This document shows, piece after piece, positions 1-9,571 of a DNA stretch of 64,000 bases (its first letter is position 1; each line of letters begins with the position of its first letter). The position numbers and the translations under genes are program-made. Origin of the DNA: an uncultured cyanobacterium. GTDB lineage: Bacteria > Cyanobacteriota > Cyanobacteriia > Cyanobacteriales > Cyanobacteriaceae. The stretch is taken from NCBI GenBank assembly GCA_963749915.1, contig CAVVOP010000021.1, forward strand, positions 576,001-640,000, read 5' to 3'. Under the pieces are notes generated by a model, which was given only the letters and a program-made list of their open reading frames with translations, did not search any database and was not told the DNA's origin.

Positions 1-366
1 AGTTGCCGCACAGTGGCCGCCCATGCAGTACACAATGCCCTAACTCATTTACCGGAAACTCACCATCAGTTACATGGTGCAAAAGTAGCCTATGGTATTT
101 TAGTACAATTGCGACTGGAAGAAATGGTGGTTAATAATCAATTAGCTACCACCGCTAGACAACAATTAATTAAGTTTTATCAAACTATTAACTTACCCTG
201 TAGCTTAGAAGATTTAGGTTTAGATAATATCACTTTAGCTCAACTTCGCTTCTGTGCGGAACTTACTTGTCAACCTTCATCGGATATTCGCCGCCTGCCA
301 TTTAATGTCACCCCTGAGCAATTAGTAGCGGCGATGGTTTCTACTACAGTATCAGGCTCTTTATAA
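1..366 (+). CDS. Iron-containing alcohol/glycerol dehydrogenase family protein, C-terminal part (5' end outside window)
   Basis: AAHAVHNALT...LHGAKVAYG metal-ligand motifs typical of glycerol dehydrogenase-like proteins. Confidence 0.85.
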   Translation, partial: SCRTVAAHAVHNALTHLPETHHQLHGAKVAYGILVQLRLEEMVVNNQLATTARQQLIKFYQTINLPCSLEDLGLDNITLAQLRFCAELTCQPSSDIRRLPFNVTPEQLVAAMVSTTVSGSL

Positions 367-527
367 ACCCCAAAATAGGGATTACTGGACAATAATCTCA
401 ATGAGTTTTATCAATCTCTTTTAAAATCGGTCCAAGAGGTTATCAAGACATTAAAAAAGGGTTTTAACCCCTTGCTTTAAAACTTAAATTATTCTAAACT
501 ACACATTGGATAACCAAAGAATTTTAC

Positions 528-815
528 TTAATTACGAAAATTTCTTCTGCGATTATCACCACCGCCAACTTCCTCACGAGGTTTGGCCTTATTAACTTTC
601 ATCTGTCTGCCCATCCACTGAGCACCATCTAAAGTCTCGATGGCTTTATCTTCTTCGCTATCATTAGACATTTCCACAAAACCAAAACCACGCATTCTTT
701 TCGTTTCACGATCAACGGGTAAATATACTCGCTTTACTTCACCATAATCAGCAAAGACTGCTTGTAAATCTTCTTCTGTGACATCATAAGACAAATTCCC
801 TACATATATGGACAT
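528..815 (-). CDS. rbpA: RRM RNA-binding protein (cyanobacterial Rbp family)
   Basis: SIYVGNLSY (RNP2) and RGFGFVEM (RNP1) motifs; exact paralog uncertain. Confidence 0.9.
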   Translation of the reverse strand: MSIYVGNLSYDVTEEDLQAVFADYGEVKRVYLPVDRETKRMRGFGFVEMSNDSEEDKAIETLDGAQWMGRQMKVNKAKPREEVGGGDNRRRNFRN

Positions 816-1004
816 AAACTTGCTCCAAAATCTTTAATTTACTCTGAGATAATTGAGACCACGGACATGAATCCTTCCATACTGCACGGGATATAACGTT
901 TCAAGACTGGAATCAAACACTGTTACCGAACTGAACCTCAAATTAACACCACTTTCAATTTATCACATCGAGAAAGCAATTAGCAATTAATTAGGTAATT
1001 GCGA

Positions 1005-1595
1005 CAGGAGAATCGCACACAGTTCTTAACAATACGCAACAAAACCATAAAATAACTGAAAATACTAGCAAAATAGCAAATAAAGGAGTTAAAGACCCCA
1101 GAGCAAGTCACTGTATTGATCGTTTATTAATCGATATCATTGTGATTACTTTGTGTGCAACCATTTGTGGTGCCAATGATTGGGAAGCTGTTGCTGAATA
1201 CGGTCGCACCAAAGAGCAATGGTTGAAAAAGTTTCTCGCTTTGCCCAATTGAGAATCAGTTACATTGGGTTTTAGACGTAAGCTTCTGTGAAGATGCGGA
1301 TGCGAGGATGTCAGGGATATAGTGCAGAAAATATGGCTGTCATTCGTCACATGGGAGTGAATCTTTTGTCTCAAGAAAAGACGACGAAGGTTGGGATTGA
1401 AAACAAGCGACTGAAAGCAGGTTGGGATAATCGCTATTTAGAAACTGTACTTAGTTGTCTGGGTATTTCTTGACATTTCGATTAGTTGGGTCAGATAGTA
1501 TCAACTACTCGACCATAATATTTGCCGAAAATCTTTGTCTAACAAGCTTTTTCGCTCTTAAACTAATTTGTAAAGTTTTGTATGCGATTCTCCTG
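1005..1595 (+). mobile_element. Internally deleted ISAs1-family element
   Basis: TIRs CAGGAGAATCGCACACA (1005-1021) and TGTATGCGATTCTCCTG (1579-1595); transposase N-term (DIIVITLCATICGANDWEAVAEYG) joined directly to C-term (LHWVLDVSF...[12 protein letters not shown]). Confidence 0.85.
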
Positions 1596-1692
1596 ATTCC
1601 ACAACCATCTACAACTACCAAAGGCTTTAGCCAATGCTAGTTTTTGAGATGAATCGGGATAAATTCTTACTTTAACTAACGACTTTTAACAT
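1596..1692 (-). pseudogene. tnpB: TnpB (IS200/IS605) N-terminal fragment truncated at the ISAs1 end
   Basis: Minus strand reads MLKVV / KVRIYPDSSQKLALAKAFGSCRWLWN (frameshifted), the typical OrfB HTH start. Confidence 0.75.
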
Positions 1693-1743
1693 TTTCAGAG
1701 TAAATTCTATTTGCTATAAATTATGATAACATAGTATTCTACT

Positions 1744-2024
1744 TTATACAATAATAGAAGTCGCAGGTTGTGTAATTTCTGCACCAAGGCCCCACGCTTC
1801 TACTTGAGAAAGAGTGTGACTAGATAAAGGATAAAATCGGAGGTTATCTTCTTGTAAATTACATTTTTTTTTAATTTCTTTTGTAAGTTTTGAAACTGTT
1901 TTTGCCGAAGAACACACTCAAAAACACTATACTGAACTCTTGAACCATAACCTTCTAATAAATCAGCTATTTGTTTCCGTCGTTTATTATCAGGAACATC
2001 ATAGCAGATAATATAAAATAGCAT
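1744..2024 (-). pseudogene. cas2: CRISPR-associated Cas2, frameshifted in an A9 run near 1864-1872
   Basis: YIICYDVPDNKRR...RVQYSVFEC; expected C-term (EDNLRFYPLSSHTLSQVEAWG...SIIV*) is in another frame; could be a sequencing error. Confidence 0.85.
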
Positions 2025-2029
2025 AATTT

Positions 2030-2733
2030 TTATCTTAATAAATAAGGTTGATAAGAATTAATAGGCTCATAAAAAAACTGCTTAATTTTTCCAACTTGTT
2101 GCATTAATAAATCCCAACGAGGTTCTTTATTACCATTATCATTGGTAATAATTTCTTCCATTCTAATGATAAAAGCCTGTAAATATTTTTGTCTTCCAGT
2201 ATCATTTAAAAAACAACCTCCGTCACGAAAAATAAAATCTTCATCAGCATTAATGATATTTTTATTCACTAAATAAAGGACTAAAGAATCAACAATAGCA
2301 CTTCTAAATTCTTCTATTAAGTCTGAAGCTAAAGCGGCATGACGCTCACTACTTTGATGTAAACAAGCGGAATAAGGATCTAAACCTTGTAACTCAATTA
2401 AGGCTAATAAATGATTCCAAAGTACTTGATAACCAAAACTTAAAAGGGCATTAACAGGATTACCTGGAGGACGGCGAGAACGGGAATAAAAGACAAAATT
2501 AGAATTACTTAAACATTGTCCAAAAGCGGAAAAATAAGTGGCTGCGGCTGCTCCCTCATAACCCATTAATTTATCTATTTGCTCTGCTTTATTAGCTTGT
2601 TCTTGAAAACTTGAACATCGAGTATTAATGGTAATTGAATTTTATTAATAATTTGTTTATGCTTTTTAATTAATAATAATTCTTTCTCTAAACATAAATA
2701 ACAACCCTGTTGAGAGAGATATAATGTTTTCAT
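2030..2733 (-). pseudogene. cas1: CRISPR-associated Cas1 with internal deletion
   Basis: N-term MKTLYLSQQGCYLCLEKE...IQLPL from 2733 joined out of frame to C-half MGYEGAAA...RRPPGNPVNALLSFGY...ALASDLIEEFR; the middle of the gene is missing. Confidence 0.9.
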
Positions 2734-3030
2734 TTATTCCCTATTTCTTCTTTTAGTTAAATCAGAGTTATTTTGTCGAGTAATAGGATTGATTGATTCT
2801 TCATCCAAAGGGCGATCAAAATATCGTTTTCGGGAGGATTTAAGTAACCATAAAGTAATAAAATCAAAACTCATAGTTACCATAAAAGTAGAAACAGTAA
2901 TGGCTAAAGTATTAAAAATTACTCCAGCTAATCCTAGAGGTGCTATTAATAGTAAAATTAGGGTAATTAAACCATTAATAAAAGCCGAAGCAATATTTTT
3001 AATTAGATGTCTTTTAAGAGAGCTATTCAT
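2734..3030 (-). CDS. csx18: CRISPR-associated membrane protein Csx18
   Basis: NGLITLILLLIAPLGLAGVI motif; directly upstream of cas1 as in cyanobacterial type III loci. Confidence 0.75.
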   Translation of the reverse strand: MNSSLKRHLIKNIASAFINGLITLILLLIAPLGLAGVIFNTLAITVSTFMVTMSFDFITLWLLKSSRKRYFDRPLDEESINPITRQNNSDLTKRRNRE

Positions 3031-3139
3031 AAATTAAGACTTACATTTTTGAATTTTATTTCTGGCTTTTTTAAATGTCTGATAATTACTATTTTGGGGT
3101 GCTTTAAAGAAAATAATGGTTAAAAGATAATATCAATCA

Positions 3140-3406
3140 AAAAAATAATAACTTTATTTACATCGCTACAGTGACTTATCTTCTTTCCAAAGATTGATGT
3201 TATTAATGGCAACTTTAGTAAATAACCCCGGTATTGGTTATTTTGAGGAAGAATCCAGTAAAGAAACTAAAAATTTCCATAATAGTTTAAGTTTATTGCA
3301 AGAAGAAATACTCATTATTGCCCAAGACATCCATATCAATATAGAAAAACCAGCCATATCTACTTTGAGAAAAGACTTAGAAACCTTGAGGAATTTTTTA
3401 GTTTAG
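3140..3406 (+). pseudogene. N-terminal HTH fragment of a CRISPR-associated WYL-domain regulator
   Basis: LHRYSDLSSFQRLMLLMATLVNNPGIG...TLRKDLETLR resembles cyanobacterial WYL regulators; divergent from csx18; WYL domain absent. Confidence 0.65.
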
Positions 3407-3544
3407 TTATCTTGAGATAACTTTAGCTTTTAGCTGCGAACTTTAGTTTAAGGCAATGCTATGCTATAGTTTTAAGTCGTTAACTTCTACAGGCAAGATG
3501 CCTGTACCACAGATTTACCATATTATTTTTATTTAGCCAAAATT

Positions 3545-4012
3545 ATGACCAGTAAATTAAGCAATCAAAAAACAAAAATTGAGTATAACTTATACGAAAA
3601 AGATTTTTATCTTTGGATTAAAGAAACCGCCAATTTATTACGTCAAGGAAAATTAAAAGAAGTTGATTTAGAAAACTTAATTGAAGAAATTGAAGCTATG
3701 GGAAGAAGCGAAAAAAAATCTGTTACTAGCAATTTAAGGATTCTTTTAATGCACTTACTCAAATATAAATATCAACCAGAGAAACGTACTAATAGTTGGT
3801 TATTTACTATCATCGAACATCGTAAAAGAATTAAAGATTCATTTAAAGATAGTCCCAGTTTAAAAGGATTATATTTAGAAATATTTACAGAATGTTATCA
3901 AGATGCTAGAGAATTAGCACAAGCAGAAACAGGTTTACCTCTTTACGCTTTTCCTAAAGAATCTCCTTTTTCTCCTGAAGATACTTTGAATTTAGATTAT
4001 TTACCTAATTAA
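3545..4012 (+). CDS. DUF29 family protein
   Basis: LYEKDFYLW...DLENLIEEIEAMGRSE...LLMHLLK...SW..TI.EHR...SPSLK. Confidence 0.9.
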   Translation: MTSKLSNQKTKIEYNLYEKDFYLWIKETANLLRQGKLKEVDLENLIEEIEAMGRSEKKSVTSNLRILLMHLLKYKYQPEKRTNSWLFTIIEHRKRIKDSFKDSPSLKGLYLEIFTECYQDARELAQAETGLPLYAFPKESPFSPEDTLNLDYLPN

Positions 4013-4278
4013 AAATAGTAAATTATTTTAGAATTAATAATATTTAAACATGACAAATCCATCTATTATTGCCGTCAAATTTGTGTTATAAGCGTGACTT
4101 CATATCCTGTTGGAAACGTAATTTGAGGAGATTTAACACTCCATCCACAGATAAATCCCAATTACCAGAAGAATTAGTTAAGTTTTAATTATCAACAAAT
4201 CTATACCTGTTTGATTCTCGTTTTCCTATTAAAATATGCTTTCAATTTGTGGATATTTTTTTCATCCTACTTTTTCAT

Positions 4279-4316
4279 CCCACTTTCCGCACGTCACTTT
4301 GTAAGATGATAAAAGT
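4279..4316 (-). mobile_element. Orphan right end of the IS1634-family element
   Basis: 38 bp, 1 mismatch to the reverse complement of 22451-22488. Confidence 0.85.
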
Positions 4317-5101
4317 GGTTGGATATTTTTGTTCTGATAGTTTAATACTACCCAATGGTGGCGGAAAATGAAGTCCATCAGAGTAGAAACAGTAATATTG
4401 AGTGGCCATTAACACAACTATTGAGAAAGAAGATTTTTATCTATCTTATCAAGTAAGCTGGAAGACTTTTCTGTTGTAAATTTTCTGGCAAAGAAGAAGG
4501 AATCGTAATCAAAAGTTCCCCGAAACATGGATGTACCCATCAGTAAACTCAGTTCTGAGGACATTCGCTGTCCAGTCGGTTTTCTATTGAAACTCAAGTC
4601 TTCAAGAAATTCATAATCCTCATCGGTAAAAATTCTACCCTCAAAATTAAGTGTGATGTTTGAAACTTCATGCGGCCATCTGATTTCCTCACGAAACCCT
4701 CCTGCTTCTTGAAGAAAAGGAAAGTTAGCTACAATTGTATGAAAAAAGTGTTCATCCGGGCAGTGAGCATATTTATAAAATTTTAAGAAGGCTGGGTTTT
4801 GTTCTAAATATTGAATAATAAATGCTGCACATTCGGGGGTCATTGCCCAATTTCCGCTACCCCAAGCTGGGGACGTATTACTTAGAGGCTTTCTTGTCAC
4901 TCCTAAATGGAAAAGCTTTTGTAGCAGTCGCCTAAAGAGACTGTCATCTAAAATAGGTTGGAAAGGATCCATAAACCAATAGTTAGTGAGCCTCCAGGGA
5001 GTTTCTTCATTGAGTTTAATAAACTTGATGAATTGCCTATTAGGATTACTCTTTAAAAAATCATAGAAAGCAGATACAGGTTTTATTGGATAATCAGAGC
5101 C

Positions 5102-6667
5102 GAATGGCGCTGACTTAAGCATTCACCGTTTGAAGAATGTAGGTAGGCGATCGCTTACAATGGCTTGCGATCGCCGGCGGTGCAGCTTATCTGGCCGCCA
5201 ACGCCGAATAATTGTCAAACTGGCTTCTTCAGAGGAAAATAACCTTGGCTCAGAAGAAAAAAATACTACTACTCATGTTTCAGTGTGTTGAAATTCTCCG
5301 ACGTAAACTCTCTCAAAGGGCGGGTAAACCTTTCGCCAATATCCTCAATGAAAAAGTGATTGAAGCGGCAATTGTCCAGGCACAACTCAAATATCGCAAC
5401 CGTCTGTTCACGCCAATTATAACGATTTGGGCGTTTATCTATCAGGTGCTTGATCCAGATAAAAGCTTGGCCAATGCCGTTAAACAAATACGATCTTGCT
5501 TGGCCGTTGAAGGAGCAGAGGTTCCCTCCCTAAATACCGGTGGTTATGCTAAAGCCCGTAAGCGTTTGCCCGAGAAGATGCTGGAATGGTTGTTTGAGCA
5601 TACAGGAGAAGCTCTAACGGCTGAAGCTGTGGCAGAGCAAAGGTGGCAGGGGCGTTGCGTCAAACTGCTAGATGGCTCAACTGTGGTTATGGCCGATACC
5701 GCAGCCAATCAAAAGGAATACCCTCAACACAAAAATCAACAACCGGGGTGTGGGTTTCCTATCGCCAAGCTGGTGGTGATGTTTTCCTTAACGACCGCCG
5801 CTGCGATTGGGGTGAGAATTGCGGCCTTGAATACCTCGGAAATTACCTTAGCTCGCAGTTGGTACAGCACCTTGAAGCCTGAAGATGTGGCCTTAGCCGA
5901 CCGAGCCTATGGCAGTTATGTGGACTTGGCCTTAGTCCAACAACAGGGAGCCGACGCGGTATTTCGGAAAAATCAGAGTCGTCACAGTGATTTAAAAAAG
6001 GCAAAGCGGCTGGGAAAAAACGACTATCTTGTGACCTGGACTCGTCCAAAGCGTTGTCCTAAAGCCATGGATAAGTCAGAATTTGAAGCCCTACCCCCAA
6101 CTCTTCAAGTGCGAGAGGTACACTTCTGTGTTGAGCGACCAGGATGGCGAACCAAATCGGTCACGGTGGTGACCACCTTGCTTAAGCCGAAGGCTTACCC
6201 CAAAGCCAAACTAGCCGAACTCTATGGGCTGAGGTGGCAAGCGGAAATCAATCTCGACCATATCAAGACTACTTTGGGAATGGAGATGCTGAAGGCACAA
6301 TCTCCAGAAATGGTGCGCAAGGAAATTTATGTTCATCTGATGGCCTATAATCTGCTGCGTTATTTGATGTGGCAAGCTGGTTCTCAAAGTAACCAAGCGC
6401 CCTTAAGACTTTCGGTACAGGGCTGTCGACAAAGCTTCAATCAGTTTCGCTCCCGTTTAGCTGAGGTTGGTCGAGTACGCTTGCCTAGATTTTGCCAATC
6501 CCTGCTAGAGATGATTGCTGAAGCTACAGTGCCACTGCGTCCTAACCGGTATGAGCCCAGAAAGAGAAAACGACGTCCAAAGGCTTTTCCCCTGATGAAC
6601 CAGCCTCGGGCAATTCTTAAACAAAAGCTAGCTGCGGCATGATAACAACCTTAAGTCAGCGCCATTC
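5102..6667 (+). mobile_element. IS4-family insertion sequence, complete
   Basis: Perfect 18-bp TIRs GAATGGCGCTGACTTAAG; 11-bp TSD TAATCAGAGCC at 5091-5101 and 6668-6678. Confidence 0.95.
5212..6642 (+). CDS. IS4 family DDE transposase
   Basis: LLDGST, LADRAY and YGLRWQAEINLDHIK (YREK) motifs; start may be downstream (~5275). Confidence 0.92.
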   Translation: MSNWLLQRKITLAQKKKILLLMFQCVEILRRKLSQRAGKPFANILNEKVIEAAIVQAQLKYRNRLFTPIITIWAFIYQVLDPDKSLANAVKQIRSCLAVEGAEVPSLNTGGYAKARKRLPEKMLEWLFEHTGEALTAEAVAEQRWQGRCVKLLDGSTVVMADTAANQKEYPQHKNQQPGCGFPIAKLVVMFSLTTAAAIGVRIAALNTSEITLARSWYSTLKPEDVALADRAYGSYVDLALVQQQGADAVFRKNQSRHSDLKKAKRLGKNDYLVTWTRPKRCPKAMDKSEFEALPPTLQVREVHFCVERPGWRTKSVTVVTTLLKPKAYPKAKLAELYGLRWQAEINLDHIKTTLGMEMLKAQSPEMVRKEIYVHLMAYNLLRYLMWQAGSQSNQAPLRLSVQGCRQSFNQFRSRLAEVGRVRLPRFCQSLLEMIAEATVPLRPNRYEPRKRKRRPKAFPLMNQPRAILKQKLAAA

Positions 6668-7075
6668 TAATCAGAGCCAGAGAGCAACACTAAATGTGTA
6701 AACTTTTCCAAGGTTACTTTTTTTAAAGCAGCTTTCATAAGATTTAAGATCGCCTTGACCTGTGAAGGGCCTCCCCAATATACTTTTTCTCTCTCAACGA
6801 TAAAATCTACTGAATTCATATCGGCAATGTGTGAATACTTGACATTATTTGTTTTCCTATCTAAATGTATAAAAACACGAGCCTTATAATTAATGGCATT
6901 GACCAACCTTTCTAAATGAATTGGATCATGATGAGCTAATACTAAATAAGCTATCTTAACCATTAACGCCCCTTCCTATCTGCAATAATAAAGATTAGAA
7001 TAAATAATTCAGTCTGACAGTAGACAGTCATTCTACCAGTCTCAAGTTGCCAAGCAAAGTTTTCTTTTTGCCTGT

Positions 7076-7110
7076 GTTTCCATTCAAGTAGTTCCCCCCA
7101 TTACAGGAGA
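7076..7110 (-). CRISPR. Single CRISPR repeat GTCTCCTGTAATGGGGGAACTACTTGAATGGAAAC (array remnant)
   Basis: 35 bp, GTCTCC...GGAAAC, resembles cyanobacterial type III-B repeats; co-oriented with the cas operon; possible degenerate copy ending ~7025. Confidence 0.75.
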
Positions 7111-7330
7111 CACAGCAAAACCCCCTGTCCGTAAAGTGCTTACGGAATAATGATTCTAAAGGCAATTTGCGAAGGATAGTAAAATTATAACTTGTAAGGG
7201 GCTTTTTTGTCCAACTAAAATCCCTGAAGTCCAGGGCAAACGCACACAAAACTTAACAATTGAGTTAAGTAACCAAAAAGCTTATTATATAATGGTTTTC
7301 AGAAAAAAAGTTGAACACAGCAATTAATAC
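7111..7330 (-). promoter_or_regulatory. Putative CRISPR leader
   Basis: Non-coding AT-rich region directly upstream of the repeat, containing CTTCGCAAAT as seen in cyanobacterial leaders. Confidence 0.6.
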
Positions 7331-7420
7331 TACGTTAAATAACTAATATAATTATGGTCCGTTTTTAGGCGATCGCCAATTACTAGATCCTCCAAATCTC
7401 GTTCGTGATTGTAACCTCAA

Positions 7421-7896
7421 TTAAAATGTAAAGAAATGTGTGCGTTTGCCCTGATGATAAAGACGATTTCGCCACTGTTTAGTATTAGCAAAAAAGCGAT
7501 GCCATTGATTATCATTTTTAATTTTTGGCACAGCAGTTTCGATTAAAGAATCTAAACCTGAACCATATAAATAGATTCTTTGATTATTAAATTGACCTTG
7601 ATAATTTCTAAATTCAGGATATGTTAAATCTTGACAAATAGTTGATTTTAAATAGGGTGTTTCTCCTTTGGGAATTTCGACATAAGAGTTATATTTAGTA
7701 ATAATTAATTCACTCATTAAACCTTCAATACCTCGAAAACCATGAAAAAAGGCTTCAATATTATTTCCTTATGACTTTCTTCTAAAGTTGAACTATAAGC
7801 GTTACCAATATTTAGCCATTTATTTTCAGATTCCGTATAAAATGCTAAATCACGAGTGCCGACGGTTGCTACTAAAATTGCTTTATTTTGAGTCAT
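7421..7896 (-). pseudogene. CARF-HEPN (Csx1/Csm6-like) ancillary nuclease with large internal deletion
   Basis: N-term MTQNKAILVATVGTRDLAF (CARF-like) joined out of frame to AFFHGFRGIEGLMSE...WRNRLYH (RxxxxH HEPN motif). Confidence 0.7.
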
Positions 7897-7917
7897 AATT
7901 TTGTTAATTAATGAATG

Positions 7918-8220
7918 TTAATTGTTAAAAACTAAAGGAATAATAGATGTCAAATTTTCTCCTAATTTGCGTTTTGCCTCCATCAATTCATAACTATTTT
8001 GTAACCGTAAAAAATAACCTTCTGACAGTCCAAAATAATGACATAAGCGTAAATCAGTATCAGCCGTAATACGTCGAGTTCCTTTCACAATAGCATGAAT
8101 ACGATTTGGTGGTACTTGAATAGCATGAGCTAAGGCATTTTGACTAATATTCAATTCTTCCAAAAATTCATACTTTAAAATTTCACCAACATGGGGATTT
8201 TTAATGATTTCTTGATACAT
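7918..8220 (-). CDS. higA: HigA family antitoxin (HTH-XRE)
   Basis: HVGEILKYEFL...RITADTDLRL...LRLQNSYE. Confidence 0.92.
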   Translation of the reverse strand: MYQEIIKNPHVGEILKYEFLEELNISQNALAHAIQVPPNRIHAIVKGTRRITADTDLRLCHYFGLSEGYFLRLQNSYELMEAKRKLGENLTSIIPLVFNN

Positions 8221-8225
8221 AATTT

Positions 8226-8507
8226 TTAGTGATAATCAACAATTTCTAATTCGTAAGCATCACCGTTTAACCAAACAAAACATAATCGCCACTGTCTAGT
8301 AATACGAATGCTATATTGTCCTAATCTGTCACCTAATAAAGACTCAAGATGATTACTAGGTGGGATTTTTAAATCTTCAAATGTAATAGAAGCATTGATT
8401 TGACGCAATTTTCGCAAAGCCCTTTCTTGAATATCGGAGGGCAATTTTCGAGAGAATTTTCCTAGCCATATCTTTTCTGTCTCCTTACAAGCAAAAGATT
8501 TAATCAT
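8226..8507 (-). CDS. higB: HigB/RelE family toxin
   Basis: MIKSF...DLKIPPSNHLESL.GDR.GQYSIRI..QWRLCF.W...EIVDYH. Confidence 0.92.
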   Translation of the reverse strand: MIKSFACKETEKIWLGKFSRKLPSDIQERALRKLRQINASITFEDLKIPPSNHLESLLGDRLGQYSIRITRQWRLCFVWLNGDAYELEIVDYH

Positions 8508-8560
8508 TCACCGACAATAACTGATACTTAGTACATATCAGATAATATAACTTATTTCGA

Positions 8561-9545
8561 TTAAAAAGGAAAAATTTGGTGGTAAGTACCAGTTTTAGCG
8601 TTATTTCTTAATTCTTCTAAATATTTTTTACGAGGGTTTTGAGTCGCACCAAAAACTGTTACCACATGATAATCTCCGCCATCCGTTACCCACACAGGGG
8701 AAGGTTTAACGTCTCCTCTTTGTACTTCTCCGCATAAATCACCATCATAATTATTATTTCTTTTTAATTGCTGAGAATGTAATAGACCTCTCCATAAATT
8801 CTCATTTTGGTACGGTAAAATAATCATTTCAACCGCCTTTTTATTAATTGTTGGAGATGTCTAATGTTGCTAAAGCATGCGGTTAATTTTTCTCTAAATT
8901 TACTATAAAATTCTTTAGCTGTTTTACCCGTTTTCCAGAAATTATCTTCACTATCAATAAAGAAAGTTGAACCACGCCACCAAGAGCTATTGACGATCTT
9001 TTCGTGAATAACTAGGTCTTTGAGGTCAAAGATTTATTATTCCCATGTCCAATAATATATTTATGTAATATAATAATATAATTATTTATTAAAAGATTGA
9101 AATTTAGGTTATTTATAAAATTTTTTAAAAAAAAAAAATTTAAAGATAATAAAAAAAATTTTGTACTTTGCATAATCATAATTATTATTTCTTTTTAATT
9201 GCTGAGAATGTAATAGACCTCTCCATAAATTCTCATTTTGGTACGGTAAAATAATCATTTCAACCGCCTTTTTATTAATTGTTGGAGATGTCTAATGTTG
9301 CTAAAGCATGCGGTTAATTTTTCTCTAATATTTTGCCATATCCATTTCGATACTAACCTTCTTTTGGATATGCGTCAAAAAAAACGACTTTTCCAGCTTG
9401 ATCTGCTTTAAATTTACTATAAAATTCTTTAGCTGTTTTACCCGTTTTCCAGAAATTATCTTCACTATCAATAAAGAAAGTTGAACCACGCCACCAAGGA
9501 GCATATTGACGATCTTTTCGTGAATAACTAGGTCTTTGAGGTGAT
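8561..9545 (-). pseudogene. Fragments of a type III-B RAMP (Cmr6/Cmr1-type) gene, partly duplicated and MITE-interrupted
   Basis: ADQAGKVVFFDAYP (Cmr6-like); WWRGSTFF; C-term DLCG...PSPVWV...VVTVFGATQNPRKKYL. Confidence 0.7.
8784..8862. mobile_element. 79-bp MITE (second copy 9215-9293 inside the duplicated segment)
   Basis: TIRs AGACCTCTCCA / TGGAGATGTCT with AAT duplication; removal restores the reading ALATLHSQQLK. Confidence 0.75.
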
Positions 9546-9571
9546 TATTTATGTAAATATTAATTGCCAAT

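Larger units (their letters stand above)
4418..6963 (-). pseudogene. Beta-1,6-N-acetylglucosaminyltransferase (GT14/core-2 branching) gene split by IS4
   Basis: N-half KIAYLVLAH...VFIHLD...VYWGG...LLSGSD (6963-6668) and C-half GSDYPIK...PDEHFFHT...FFARKF (5101-4418) rejoin in frame when the IS and one TSD copy are removed. Confidence 0.9.

Noticed and set aside
1108..1640. ORF-track ORFs 1108-1374(-) and 1455-1640(+)
   Set aside because: Shadow frames over the ISAs1 remnant
1596..1743. Possible CRISPR leader downstream of cas2
   Set aside because: Better explained as a tnpB promoter and N-terminus; no repeat follows
4050..4270. Possible cas6 remnant or CRISPR repeat (TTGGAAAC near 4110)
   Set aside because: Only a few residues or bases match; broken frames on both strands could not be assigned
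7028..7249. 73-aa ORF on the minus strand
   Set aside because: Overlaps the CRISPR leader and repeat; no protein features
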